This document shows positions 11,343 through 23,390 of a stretch of DNA of 64,000 nt, piece after piece (the first letter of the stretch is position 1; each line of letters begins with the position of its first letter). Origin of the DNA: Podarcis gaigeae (Eukaryota); NCBI GenBank assembly GCA_964106915.2, contig OZ066921.1, one strand, 5' to 3'. The notes under the pieces were generated by a model, which worked only from the letters and a program-made list of their open reading frames with translations, ran no database searches and was not told the DNA's origin. Made by a program: the position numbers and the translations under genes.

Positions 11343-14300
11343 TCTAGGAATCAACACAGGCATGAGTGGTTTTGTTTACGTGGCTGGAGTTTCCTCTTTT
11401 TGAAGAGAGGGCAAAAGCTCCTTCCCAGAGGAATGTATTGCAAGAGAAAAAATCCTCAGTTAACCTTGTATTCTGCCATTGTTGTATTACAGAAGCTGAT
11501 CTATTTTTGTTTCTTTTGGCTGTCTTTAATTTGATACCGAGCTACCAACCTACATGGCAGTTTACAAAGAATGAGGAGAGAACAGGCACCTGTTCCTAAG
11601 GACTGTCAAGAGCCTTTGCCAACCTTGTGCCCTCCATATGATTTGGACCACGGCTTCCATCAGCCCTTGCCATGTTGGATGGAGCTGATGGGAGTTGTAA
11701 TCCAAAATAACTGGAGGGAACCACGCTGGCAAAGGGTGACATACAGTATTGAAATTGACACAAAAACGGCAATAGAAGAAGGGAAGGGGGCTGTATCAAA
11801 GGCTTCATAGGAAATGCTACATTCCAACATCATTTTAGGTACACTTAGTCCCCAGAGACCAGTGGGTTTAAGTACTCCTGTCTCTGTCTTGGATTGCAGC
11901 CTTTGACATGAACTCTTTTTTGCCCAAATGAATGGTTTGTGAGCAGATATTTTTTGTTACATGACGAACTCTGATATTCACAGACAAACAAGCTATGGAG
12001 CTTTATAAACCATTTTTAAACAACAACAGCAGCAGAAGCAGCAGCACATGTGTCTGTTAAAGATGGAGCTGTGTGTTCATTGTACCAAAGGAAACTCAAT
12101 TGATATATGCCTTTTAAATAATGTACTGTGTGATGCAGACTGCAAATCTGGATATATTTATATTTGCAGGGTTTGGAATATTCTGGCAACTACTAGCACA
12201 TTGAAAAACAATAGAAGAGGGGGTAAATAGCTTGGGTATGAAAAGGCATTAGCTGCCCTGCCATGTGAGAACTATCGTAATCTTGTCTCAAGATGGCATT
12301 TTTAAGCTTTCTACAGACATTCCTCATTATACTCTCAAACATGAGGGCTAGAAACTGCTTCAAACGAAAGCAGAAGTTCTCAGAAGGTCAATATGCATGT
12401 CAAGATTCTTGAGTGTGCAAACAGAGTGGACATGGGGAATGTACTAAGTATACATACATTAGTCAAACTGAAGAAAGTGTGTTAAATATAAGAATAAAGG
12501 AACATGGTACAGCAGAACTGGAATGAGAGAATAGTGGGTGATTTGGGGGTTTTTGGGGTTAGTTCTGGAGGAGAGTTTTCTGAACCAGAAGCGTCCTCCT
12601 TACTAAGTTTTCATAGTGTCAGTTTTCATAGGTTTTTTTGCCCATACTGTTTTAGGTTGTGGAACATAAACAAGCACTCTTTCTGGATTTCTTGCTCTCC
12701 CCACTACCCAAAAGTCTTGGCTGAATTTTCCAGGTGGATACATAACCAGCGAAAACAAACTTTAAACATTTTCCCATGCTGCCTCTGCCTTCTAGAAGCA
12801 TCCTACTGGCAGGAATCTGTATTCTGCTGTTCTTTGAATCCTCTGTTTGCTCTGTGCCCCCTCCTTTCCTTTCCTTTCTCTTCCCCTCCCACCACCGCCA
12901 CAGCTCTCTCCCCCCCCCCCCCCCGCACGCTCCCCTCTTCCCACCTCCCCGGTTCTGCTCCCTGAAGGAGAAAAGAACATATCAACCCAAAGACAGCAGT
13001 GCAACCTTTTCTTCACTATCTCCCACAGGGCACAAATTGAAATTGAATTAGACAGGGATATCAGGTCTGCTTGCTGTGATAAATGTAAAAGGATTTTATT
13101 TAAAAACACCCTGACATTTGTTCACCCAGTTTCAAATATTTAGCTTTCCCCCTTTCCATTCCTGGCGGGGGCAACTTTATTAATTGTCGCCTTTGATTCA
13201 GAGTTAGAGCTTGAAAGCACTGATAACGCTGGCGCTGGCTATTTCTTCTCGCAATGTGGCCCAGAGCAAAAAGGATTTCATTTTCTTAAAGACATTCTGT
13301 GTATGCCGAGAGTTTATAAATATATATATATATAACATTTTTTATTAAAAAAAACAACCTCTTCTTTACTTGCGGAATACCGGCTGTTCCTTGCTGATAC
13401 TGGAAATATCTGATCTTGCTCCTCTGTTTTTCATTATTTATTTTTCACTGGGCTGTTACTCTCTAGAATATCCTTCCTCCCCCCCCCCCATTTGTTACAG
13501 GAATTGCAAGCAAAATGAAAGCGTGCTGTCAACGCAAGAAAATACTAAATCCCCCCCAACCTTATTTCTCCTCTGAAAATACTTCAAAGTTTATATAAAA
13601 ATCGTAACCTCCTCCCTGCCCCATTTCCCGCTCCCTCCGGTTCTTCTCTTTAATGTGGTGCTACAGATAAAACCAAGTGGCTGTAACACTGACGTTTAAT
13701 TTCTTTTAAGAAGTTTTCTCCCCCTTTACGCAGAGAGAACAGCGTGGAAGACCACGGATGTAATTGGCCATTTAAAGTGAGCTGCCTGCACTCCGGGCTC
13801 TGTTTAATAGTGAGGGGCAGGTACAAGGAAGTCGCTGGCAGCTCCCTACTGGCCAGTCTATTGATTCAGGACAGAAATCAAAGGCTCTTTGAGTTTACCC
13901 ACAATGTTCTGTTAAAAAAGTGACCTTAAACCATTCATCTCTTCCCCCTGCCGCTGCCCTTCCAGCCCAAACACAGCTTGGAGAATTTACAGCATCATGT
14001 GGTCCACAGGAGCCCAGCTTGGAGAAATGCTGCTCCTGTTGGGCTCAGCAGCTGCTTCCAAAAGCCTTCGACCTTGATTGCTGCTCTGAAAGGGTCTTTT
14101 AAAATTTATTTTTTGAAATATATAACTGCAAACATGAACCCATAAAAACAATATGCAGGTTCCAACTACTACCATATTGTACAGAAGTATCCTTTTCTCA
14201 TCGCCCTGAAAAGCCCCACCACCATACTACACTTCATCACTTACCTGTATTATTTTAAACTTATATATCATCTCAATCATGAGAATGTGTCCAAAAATTC

Positions 14301-14511
14301 CAAATCGCATGCTGCTCTGAAACTGGTGAGTGTGCGACTTTACTGCTTCAGCAGCTTCCTTTAGGTATCTTAGCAAACCTCTGCTGGTAGGCCTGGCACC
14401 AGGCTTGTTTGGGTCTAAGAGTTCAAAGAACAAGTATAGAGGACAAGAGGTGGGATGATTAGACTCCCTCCCTCAAAGAAAGACGCTTGGGCCACGTAGC
14501 TTGCTACTTGG

Positions 14512-14513
<2 letters not shown>

Positions 14514-14550
<37 letters not shown>
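14514..14550. repeat. (TAT)n microsatellite
   Basis: about 12 perfect units, at the tail of an inverted retroelement remnant. Confidence 0.95.
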
Positions 14551-14555
<5 letters not shown>

Positions 14556-14649
14556 ACTGCCCCCTATACCCAGAGGTCTCAGGGTGGTTCACAGAATAAA
14601 AATTTAGCTGTAAAACAAAATTTTAGCTGTAAAAATGAAATAATGCTGG

Positions 14650-15010
14650 TACATGGCTGTAGGTTAGAATACATGTATTGCATGCAGAAGGCTCTGGGTT
14701 CAATTCCTGGCATCTCCATGTAGGATGGGGAAACAGACCCATCTGAAATCCCAGAAAGTTGTTATCAGTCACTGTTGAATCTGATAAAAGGCAGCTTCCG
14801 CTGATCCTATTTTAATAATTCCTTCAGAATCATGAGGATTCTTAGTTTCTCTCCCGGGAAGGGCCATTGCTCAGTTTTAGAGCATATACTTTGCATGCAA
14901 AAGATTCCAGGCTACTTCCTCAGTACTTCTAGGTAGGGGCTGGAAAGGCCTGGTTTGAAACCCTGGTAAGCTGCTTCCAGTGTAGGTGATAACTGAGAAA
15001 AAGCTTCCTA
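14650..15010 (+). mobile_element. two tandem copies of an old tRNA-headed SINE
   Basis: gcatgcagaaggctctgggttcaattcctggcatctcc...ataaaaggcagcttcc; related copies near 8700-8865, 15490-15750, 27580-27790, 36420-36545, 59910-60025 and inverted at 62990-63180. Confidence 0.65.
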
Positions 15011-15187
15011 AACACAAACTTTTTACCCAACTGCCTGGAGTAGAATCCAGAATCAAACCCTGAACTGCATATCTTGGAAGGTGATGAGACTATTCTTAAG
15101 ACCTCATCATTGGAAGCAGAAGCTCCCTCAACTCAGGGTCTGCTAGCTTTGATTGTTTTGCAAATGCTCTTGTCTTGTCAATGACAG

Positions 15188-15324
15188 GTGAGTCATCAGC
15201 TGGCAAGCGTGATGGATCTCTTCACCACCAGCCTCGCATTGGCAGGACTGCAGCCTCCCAGTGACAGACAGATCGACGGAATCGACCTTTCGCCTGTCAT
15301 CCTGCAAGGCAAGTTAATTGACAG
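15188..15324 (+). CDS. GALNS: GALNS exon 10
   Basis: atgacag|GTG AGT CAT ... GAC AG|gtgagt; 137 nt; [45 protein letters not shown](R). Confidence 0.97.
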
Positions 15325-16693
15325 GTGAGTTATAAACATCACACTCGCGGCTTTCCATCCCTTGACTCCTCCAATTACTGGTGTGGAGCAGAAAAAGTTG
15401 GATATTTTTAAAGCCTCTTATTTTTAGAATGGGTCGGGTATTTTGGCTGCTGGATTGGGTGTTTTAAAGTAATGCTATTGTACTGACTCTAGCTCCCTGG
15501 CAGAGCACATATTTTTTGCAGAAAGTCCTAGGTTTAATCTTCAGCATCTCCCAAGTAGGACTGAGAGAACTGTCTAAAACCCTGGAGAGCCACTGCCGCT
15601 CAGCGTGGTATACAGTACTGGGTTTGATGGACCAGTGCTCTGGTTTATTATAATTGATTGATTAATTAATTAATTTTTCTATACTGCCCTTCATCCGAAG
15701 ATCACAGGGCAATTTACAGTGATTTTGACTGATATAAGGCAGCTTCACATATACACCCATAATACAATGTCGATTATATTTGTCCCCTCTAATTAGGAAC
15801 TAATGTTCATATACAAGTAATAAGAAGTACTGGATAGAGAGAGTCAGTGGCAGGACATGAGGTGAAGGGCAAAAACTATACCAGATCCTTCTGCTGTTTT
15901 CTAGAAATCATCCTGAAAATGTGAATTAATGCAGACCTCCCCACTGAATTTTCTTCATTGCTAATAGACTGCATACTGGTCCAGCATGAACCTCCTTTAA
16001 AATAACAGCTGATCCACATTGTGTGCACTGAAAACATCTGGGTGGGGGAATTTTCTCTTACATCTTTTGCATGCAAACACAAACAGTGTTTAAAAATCCC
16101 TTTCCTCTACATTTTTGTCACCCACCCTAACATAGTTTCAAGGTGGTGTAGGGCACAGGATGTCCCTCACATGGCAGATATCAAGATAATTATTGGTCCA
16201 TTCTGCTCAATATTCCCCTTTCTGTCACTGGTTTGCCAGTGTTCACAGCACACTTGTACAGTCTGGCTTTCCAGGGCCGTACACTGAAGACTTTGGCTTC
16301 CTGTACCCTGTGCAGCTCCCATCACACAGGTGCCCCCTCTTTTGGAGTATTTTAAGCCATCAGACTCTGTGTGTGAAATTACATAGTCTGGTAGTTCAAG
16401 GATTAACAATTGCCAGCAAGATGGCTTGCATAACATTTCATTCTTGCTTACGCAAACTCAGACTCTTGCCTTGATGGACGCTTTAAAAAATGCTAATTGA
16501 AAACCTTGCGGTGGAGGCTATTAGAAGGCAACCTGCTCCTGAGTGATAGCTGAGTTGCCAGCCAGGCTCCATTAAAGTGTTTGTCTCCCTTATCTGTGTG
16601 GCTGCCAAAAGCGAGGGAAGCCGCTTGTTTGGACACGTTACATTTCTCATGCGGCTGTACATCTCTCTTGTTGTCCTTCCCTCTCTCCATCAG

Positions 16694-16796
16694 GCCAATA
16701 TTTTATTACCGTGGCAACGAGATGATGGCAATACGGGTTGGGCCTTATAAGGCCCATTACTGGACCTGGAGCAATTCCTGGGAGCAATTCAGCCAG
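16694..16796 (+). CDS. GALNS: GALNS exon 11
   Basis: catcag|G CCA ATA ... AGC CAG|gtaatt; 103 nt; PIFYYRGNEMMAIRVGPYKAHYWTWSNSWEQFSQ. Confidence 0.97.
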
Positions 16797-19700
16797 GTAA
16801 TTGAAAATCCTCCTCCCTCCTTCCCTCCTGCATGCTTGTCTTCCTCCTCCCATGGAAATACACCCATCACTCCCAGAAAAGAAACTCAGATCATCAAAAT
16901 GTCAACTTTTGCTCCATCTTCATTTTTGTTTAATGCAAGCCATGGTTTGGGGGATATGTTAAGGGGGTACAGATCAAGCTAGCCCACCTTCCATTGCCTG
17001 TGCATGTGCCTCCTGCTCTTTGTGACTGTCTCTGTCTAGTCCTGGCTGCTGTCATGTTCCTTCTGGTGGAGCATATGCCTGCACAGCATCCTTCGGAAGC
17101 ACAGCAGGTGGAGCTGGGCACCAGCAGCCTCTGGGAGCATCAGAGGAAAGTGCTGGGCAGCATCAAGGAGAGGGTGAAGGAAGAACCAGAGGCTTGGAGG
17201 ATGATTTGGAGAGGCTTGGTGTGCCCTGTTAAGAAACAGTATGTAAAGTGTAACTGTGTAAAATGATAATAACCATAATCTCAGAAATTGCCGCCGCCAC
17301 CCTTGTCAGAACCACCAATAGCCACAGCGGCATAAATCTGCCTCACTTTGAAGGGTATAATCAACCTGCCAGACTTTTGGCATTGCCAGTTGTCAAATGC
17401 CCCAGAGTTTAGACTTTAGTTAAGAGCGGGAGAGAATAATTTTGAGCAGAAGAAATATTGCAGGCAGCAGCTTTGATCGTGCAGTGCGGAGGAGTGGATC
17501 ATCCTTCTACGGATGAATAAAATGTAGCTTGCTTCCAATTCTGTGCTCTGCTGCACAGAGGCAGCTGGTCAGGGTGCTGAGCTTCTTGTGCTGGCATAAG
17601 GAGACCCTCCCCTCCTGCCTCCACCGTTAGATGTTGCCAGGCTTCCCAGACCCCTGTGGATGTTTGCTACTGACACCCTTCTGATCACCTGCACATTGTC
17701 ATTCAACCACTACAGAAATAAGTTCTTTTGAAACCTGCTTACGCCTTGCCCAGCACCCGATTCCAGGGGTCCTAGTATCCAATGCACCAAAAGAAGTGGG
17801 ATGAGGCCAAGGACCAAGCCCTGTCTTGCTCTGATGGGCCACAAATACACACCATAAATTATAGAACGCCCTTCAAATATGCATCAAACTCTAGGGCAAT
17901 CTGATCTCTGTTGCTTCTCACGAAGTGGCTTTGTTCTCCGCTCTCTCTTTCTCTCCATTGGCTACTCTCCTCTTTTTAGCTGCGCCTTTCCTTTCCTCCG
18001 TCCTCCATCCCATCTACATTTACCAAAGCAGTGCTCAAGGTGGCTGGCAGCATTAAAACTACAATAAAAGAATCAAAAAGTAAACATGTAAATAAAATTA
18101 AATGCAAAAAAACAGAAGCAACATAATAGTTAATCAGCTTCAAATACCAAAATGAATGAAAAGCCCACCTGAACCAAATTGTTTTCACCTGCTAGAAGGG
18201 GGGGGGACGACAAAGGAAACTACTATGAGAGAGAATGGGGGTAGCTGCAGGAAAGGTTCCCATATCCACTCTCTCATCCAGTTTCCATCTGGTCACAGCC
18301 TTCCTCCAGCTGCACTTGCCAAGCTGCTCTGGCAATGGAGATGGTGCATTGATGAAGCTTAGCATTGGTGCCAATCCTGATAGTATTTTTAATTCTTAGA
18401 TTTCTGTTTCTCTCCTTCATGTCCTCTTCTTACCTAGCTTTCTTGAGAGAATAGGCCTTTTGTGATGGTGGGAGGACCGTTGCATTTGGAAGCAGGCAAC
18501 CCACCCCAACCCTATATTTTATGCAAAGATGAGAACATGGATAAGTTTAATTGTTTTTATGCTGTGATTTAAGTATCTAGCACACAAACTGATGTTGAGA
18601 AGCATTTATTTTTGACCTGAGCCTCTTGCTACATGTCTGCCTTTCTGTGTGTGCGTAGCCGAGATAATGGGGACCAGTTACTCATTCCCAAGGTTATCCT
18701 CCTGTGAGCAATGGCAGACGTGCAATTAAGGAATGTTTATTCCTTTCTAAGTCTTTGTTTAACTGCTAGTTGATAAAAGTCAGCAATTATACTGTACATC
18801 AGAGAGATGATTAAAAATTCATTTGCTTTCCTGCCGCTCATGTCGTCTGTGGTTGATGTGGGTAAAATTGGAGCACAGAATTAGTGGACAGAACAGCCAT
18901 TAACAACACTCAGAGAGAGAGCTGGGGTTGAAATTTGTTCAAATTCTTCTTCTCATGCTCAGACCCAACCCAAGCCAGCTTAATAATAATAATAATAATG
19001 CTGATGATGATGTTATGCTTCGATTTGCAGATACTTGAAATGCTCCCAAGGTGAAATTGTTGTACAATCTTTGTTTCACTGCCTTCAGATTCCGTATCAA
19101 TATTGTTGATATTGGGTGTTAGGAGTTACAAAAGCCGATTTCTTTGCAAAATTGTGTGTTAGGAATTACAGATGTTGGTTTCATTGCAAAAATGTGAGTC
19201 CTAATGCATAAATTGTAAGTGGCGCCAGAATTCCAGCCATGAGCTGATCCCACATTGCATTGGATCCACTGGAGCTTGTCATGGGCAATTGTTGGGTCTC
19301 CTCAGTGACTCATAATCAACTGTTTGATTCAGATGCCTGGCTGTGCTTGGCCCAAGGGAATGCAGTATTGTCATTAGCTTCCTTAGTGCCAGAACTGCAT
19401 CCCCAAAGCTTTCACTTGCAAAGCTGTGAATTCAAAGCTGTGACGACAAGAAGAGTGCACCTCTTGGGGGTGTAGTGGAGTTCAACCTATCTAAACAGGA
19501 CTGCGCTTGATCAGATGTATCTAAACAGTCGTCACAAGCCAGTTTGTTTATTTTTTGGTCTTTTAAGGCAGGGATAGTGGCTGTCTGTTCTTGGCTCTCT
19601 TTCCTCCAGCCTGTGATGAATGAATAAGTTTCATGCAGGTTCCACATCCTGTGGTAATAGCAATCGTGGACAAAGTTCACAAGACCCAGGTCCCTTTCCA

Positions 19701-22331
19701 TGTCTGTGAGCATTTTCCTCTACATATTACAGATTCATAAGTGCTCCATTCAATATGAGCTTTCATTCTGCATGGGGATCCTGGTCCATGGCTTGCCCCT
19801 CTTTGCTCATCTTGGCTCATCAGCTAAGGTGCTCCATTCTTGCAAATCATGCTGGCTACTCTTATTTGCTCTGGAGATCAAGCCTTCTTTGAATTCCTTA
19901 ACTTCTGGTGTTTGCAGTTCTAAGATCCAATAACCTCAGTGTCCCAAACACAGACAACATTTGCTCCTTAAACTTTGATGGTGCTTAGTCCATCCTAGCT
20001 GGTCACCCTCACCTGCATCATCACACCAAATGAAGACTATATTATTGGGTATATAATAATGGAGGGGGAAATATGACTTGTCTCTCTCACATACACTACC
20101 TAGTCTTGCCCTAGGCTGGTGTTCTCCAATTTGAGTTTTCCCCTTCCTTGCCATGATCTGTTTTCTAGCTAGAACACCTTGGCATTTTTCTCTGACTTAA
20201 TTATGAATATAAATGTTATTTAGTGAGCACCTGTTTTCCTTAAAGTGCCAAAAGAAGAAATATAAACCCACTCCACGGGAAATCCGCATGACTAAAGAAA
20301 ACCTGGCTGTGTCGCTTTGCAGCTGTAAGTTGTGCGGGAGGGTTGCATTAGGAATATTTACTTAGCTGCCAGCCAGAGGCTGTAAAAAAGCCGTTTGTGA
20401 TTTACAAGTAGTTCTTGTCTATGTGGTTTCAAATTGTCATAATACTCAGAAGCTGATGAATGGGTTTGTGCTGAGTAAAAGGAAAGTTTAGTGTAGGGAG
20501 GGAGATGCTAGTAAATAACAAAAAAAAAAAAAAAAAATGGTATTTTTGGAGACACATTTATTTTCTGGGCCAGTACAGTAGATAACTCTTTTAAGTCTAT
20601 GCAGACAAACCAAAGAACCTTGGGCTGCACTGGCAAATCCATTTGAGATACCACAGGAATGGCAAGCTCTGGGCAAGTGTTTGGAAGGATGACAGGCCTG
20701 TGACTTCGCTTATCCTTTTGCTCTAGAAGTGTCAGGACACCGCCCTTGAGCTCACCTGTTCCTCTTGGAAAGAGGCTCAGCTGATTTGTTGGCAGCACTT
20801 CCCCGTGACAAATATGTTTGGCCACATGGAGACATGCATCACTGTTATGCACAGACAAGCACTCTGTGCAGGAATTGGTTGAGTCTGAAGCAGACTTGCA
20901 CAGATTCTGTGGGCCAGAGGGGAGGTCCTACATCCTTTAGGATGCAGCAGTATTGGGTGGAAGAGGCCCTATCTTCTTCTCCACCTTCTCTATAGTCTTG
21001 TCTCATTCTCAAGAAGAGGAGAGTAGGGTTTCCACACCACCACCACCTTGGACTATTAAAATGCTGTCTGTTAATTTGGATCTCAAGGCTTGTTGGTTAC
21101 ATTTTTATCCCACATTTCCTTCAAGCAGCTCAAGGTGGTGTACTTGGCTGTCTCCCATCTTACTTTCCCAACAGCCCTGTGAGGTAGGTTAGGCTGAGAG
21201 TGAGTGACTAGTCCCTGGTCACCCAGTGAGCTTCATAGCTGAATGAGGATTAAAATCCAGATCTCCCTGGTCCTCATCTCACATACTGGTTCTCCACTCT
21301 CATTCTTTTGCCCCTTGTGCTTTCCTAGTAGCAAGACATGAAGGCAGAAGTCTCCTCTCTGCTTGCCTTCCACAAAGCATTTTTTTCTGTCCCCACTACA
21401 GCCCTGGTTGCAGTCCCTGAAAGAAGATGTGTTTTTCATAGCCCCTGGGTGGATTGCATATTAGCCGATAGCTTCAGCTTCTTCCTGGTGCTGTCAGCTT
21501 CATATCTTGTTAGCTTTCAATGATTTTTTTATCATAAAGGCCACTGTGTATTTTTAAAAGGTTTTGTGTCCATGTTTATACGAAGACCCCTATTGTTTTA
21601 ATATAAAATGCCAAAGGGTTTTTTTCATGCTGCAATCTTCTTTGATTGCCCTTCTCATCTGACGTGAAGCAATCGATAGCACCTTTTCTATGAGGGGGGG
21701 GGAGGGTGTGTGGTGTGAAGTCAAGTAGAACCTCACAAATAATGACATTTGATTGTGGTCCTCTGAGCATGTGGGTTAGCCATCGATCGCTTCTGCTTGA
21801 GAGCCGATGGAGACTTTCTGATTTGCACCCCCCGCGCCCGGTCCCTTCCAGACAGTTAACATGTGAAAAGCGATTTTTGTTCAGCAGGGCTGAAGCAACA
21901 GCTGCTGAGAAGAAGTCATAGTAATAGCATTTTCAAAGGAGGGGTCTAGGTGGTGATTCACTCTGCATCCTAATTCTAGAGACTTTTGCCAGGAATCATA
22001 ACTTCTTTTCCTAGTACGTAGCTCTTTCCCCCGTTCCTCCTGTGCCGTGTCCATTGGAATGAGGAAGCCTCGGCAAGAGGACAGAGACGCTCCTTGTGTC
22101 AGCCAGGCGGATATCGCAGTTGCTCATCAGGCCAGAATGATCTGGGATCGTGCCCAGGTGATGGATTGCCAAAGGCCGTTTGTTAACACACGTACGCACA
22201 CGTTGGTGGTTCCACTGCTTGGCTGGGAGCCAACTGGCAACCGCCTGCTGTTTTGCCTCATGTTTATATCGACTGAGCATCTGTGGCCCATTTGCTTGGG
22301 AAATTGATGCACTGGCAGGGCAGCCATAGAG

Positions 22332-22464
22332 NNNNNNNNNNNNNNNNNNNNNNNNNNNNNNNNNNNNNNNNNNNNNNNNNNNNNNNNNNNNNNNNNNNNN
22401 NNNNNNNNNNNNNNNNNNNNNNNNNNNNNNNNNNNNNNNNNNNNNNNNNNNNNNNNNNNNNNNN
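22332..22464. other. assembly gap (133 N)
   Basis: run of N. Confidence 1.
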
Positions 22465-22546
22465 ATATATCTAAGGGACCTTTTTCAGGCAGAGGGTAAC
22501 ATCCCCTTCCAGGGACCACATGCTAGTGGAGGGCGGGGGCAGGGGG

Positions 22547-22624
22547 GAAGAAGAAGAAGAAGAAGAAGAAGAAGAAGAAGAAGAAGAAGAAGAAGAAGAA
22601 GAAGAAGAAGAAGAAGAAGAAGAA
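22547..22624 (+). repeat. (GAA)26 trinucleotide repeat in GALNS intron 11
   Basis: 78-nt uninterrupted GAA run. Confidence 0.97.
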
Positions 22625-23321
22625 AGAGGAGAGGAAAGAAGAAATTTTTTAGGAAGTAGGGCAGGTGGCAGAAGGGACACACATCTGATCTTCCACAAAA
22701 TCTAGGGTGGAGATGGAAGGGCAACAGAGACGACTCGGTGCTTCTTTAAATACTTAAGAGGTTCAAACTGTTCTGTCGTAGACTTGGGGATGTGTGTTAT
22801 GGCAAAGTCTGCGTAGAAAAATCAATAGGTAATCAAAAATTAAAAATGTGGGTAGGTTTTTAACAATCTCTGGAAGGAAAAATCAGCTGTGGTTTTTTTG
22901 GCCTTACTGTAGGGAGGGAAATCAGAATGGGGACTTCTGCCCATGTTTTTGAAGGCAAGTTCCCTTTCTGGATCCCTCCCAGAAGCCACTTCAGATCCTT
23001 CTCAGAGAAGGCTGGTTGGCCCAATCGTCACAGTTTCATCTGGCTTTAGTTTTCAAAACAAGATGGCTTTTGTGCTTTAGTGTGTGTTTACACAAGAAAC
23101 TGAGTATCCTTCTTAATCTGGAGTAACATCCGCTTCCATCTTCTTTTGTTTTTACAGTGACTAAAGCAAGTTAGATTCCCCATGGTTGCCACCAATGCAG
23201 AACATGCCATGGATAACGTGGGGAACAGCAACCCTTGGGCTTCAGGGTGGCCAGAAGGGATGGAGCAGACCGCAGAGGAAGCACGCTGTGGGAGCCCCTG
23301 CTTCCTCTGTGGTTGTTCCTT

Positions 23322-23390
23322 TTTATTCCTGCAATGGAAGGGGTTGGACTAGATGATCCTTGAGGTCCCTTCCAACTCTATGATTCTGTG
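23322..23390 (+). mobile_element. CR1 3' terminus
   Basis: gggttggactagatgatccttgaggtcccttccaactctatgattctgtga, canonical CR1 3' end with ATTCTRTG-type tail; a related inverted copy lies near 56800-56860. Confidence 0.85.

Noticed and set aside
22471-22724. poly-S, poly-L and poly-E ORFs
   Set aside because: Translations of the (GAA)26 microsatellite
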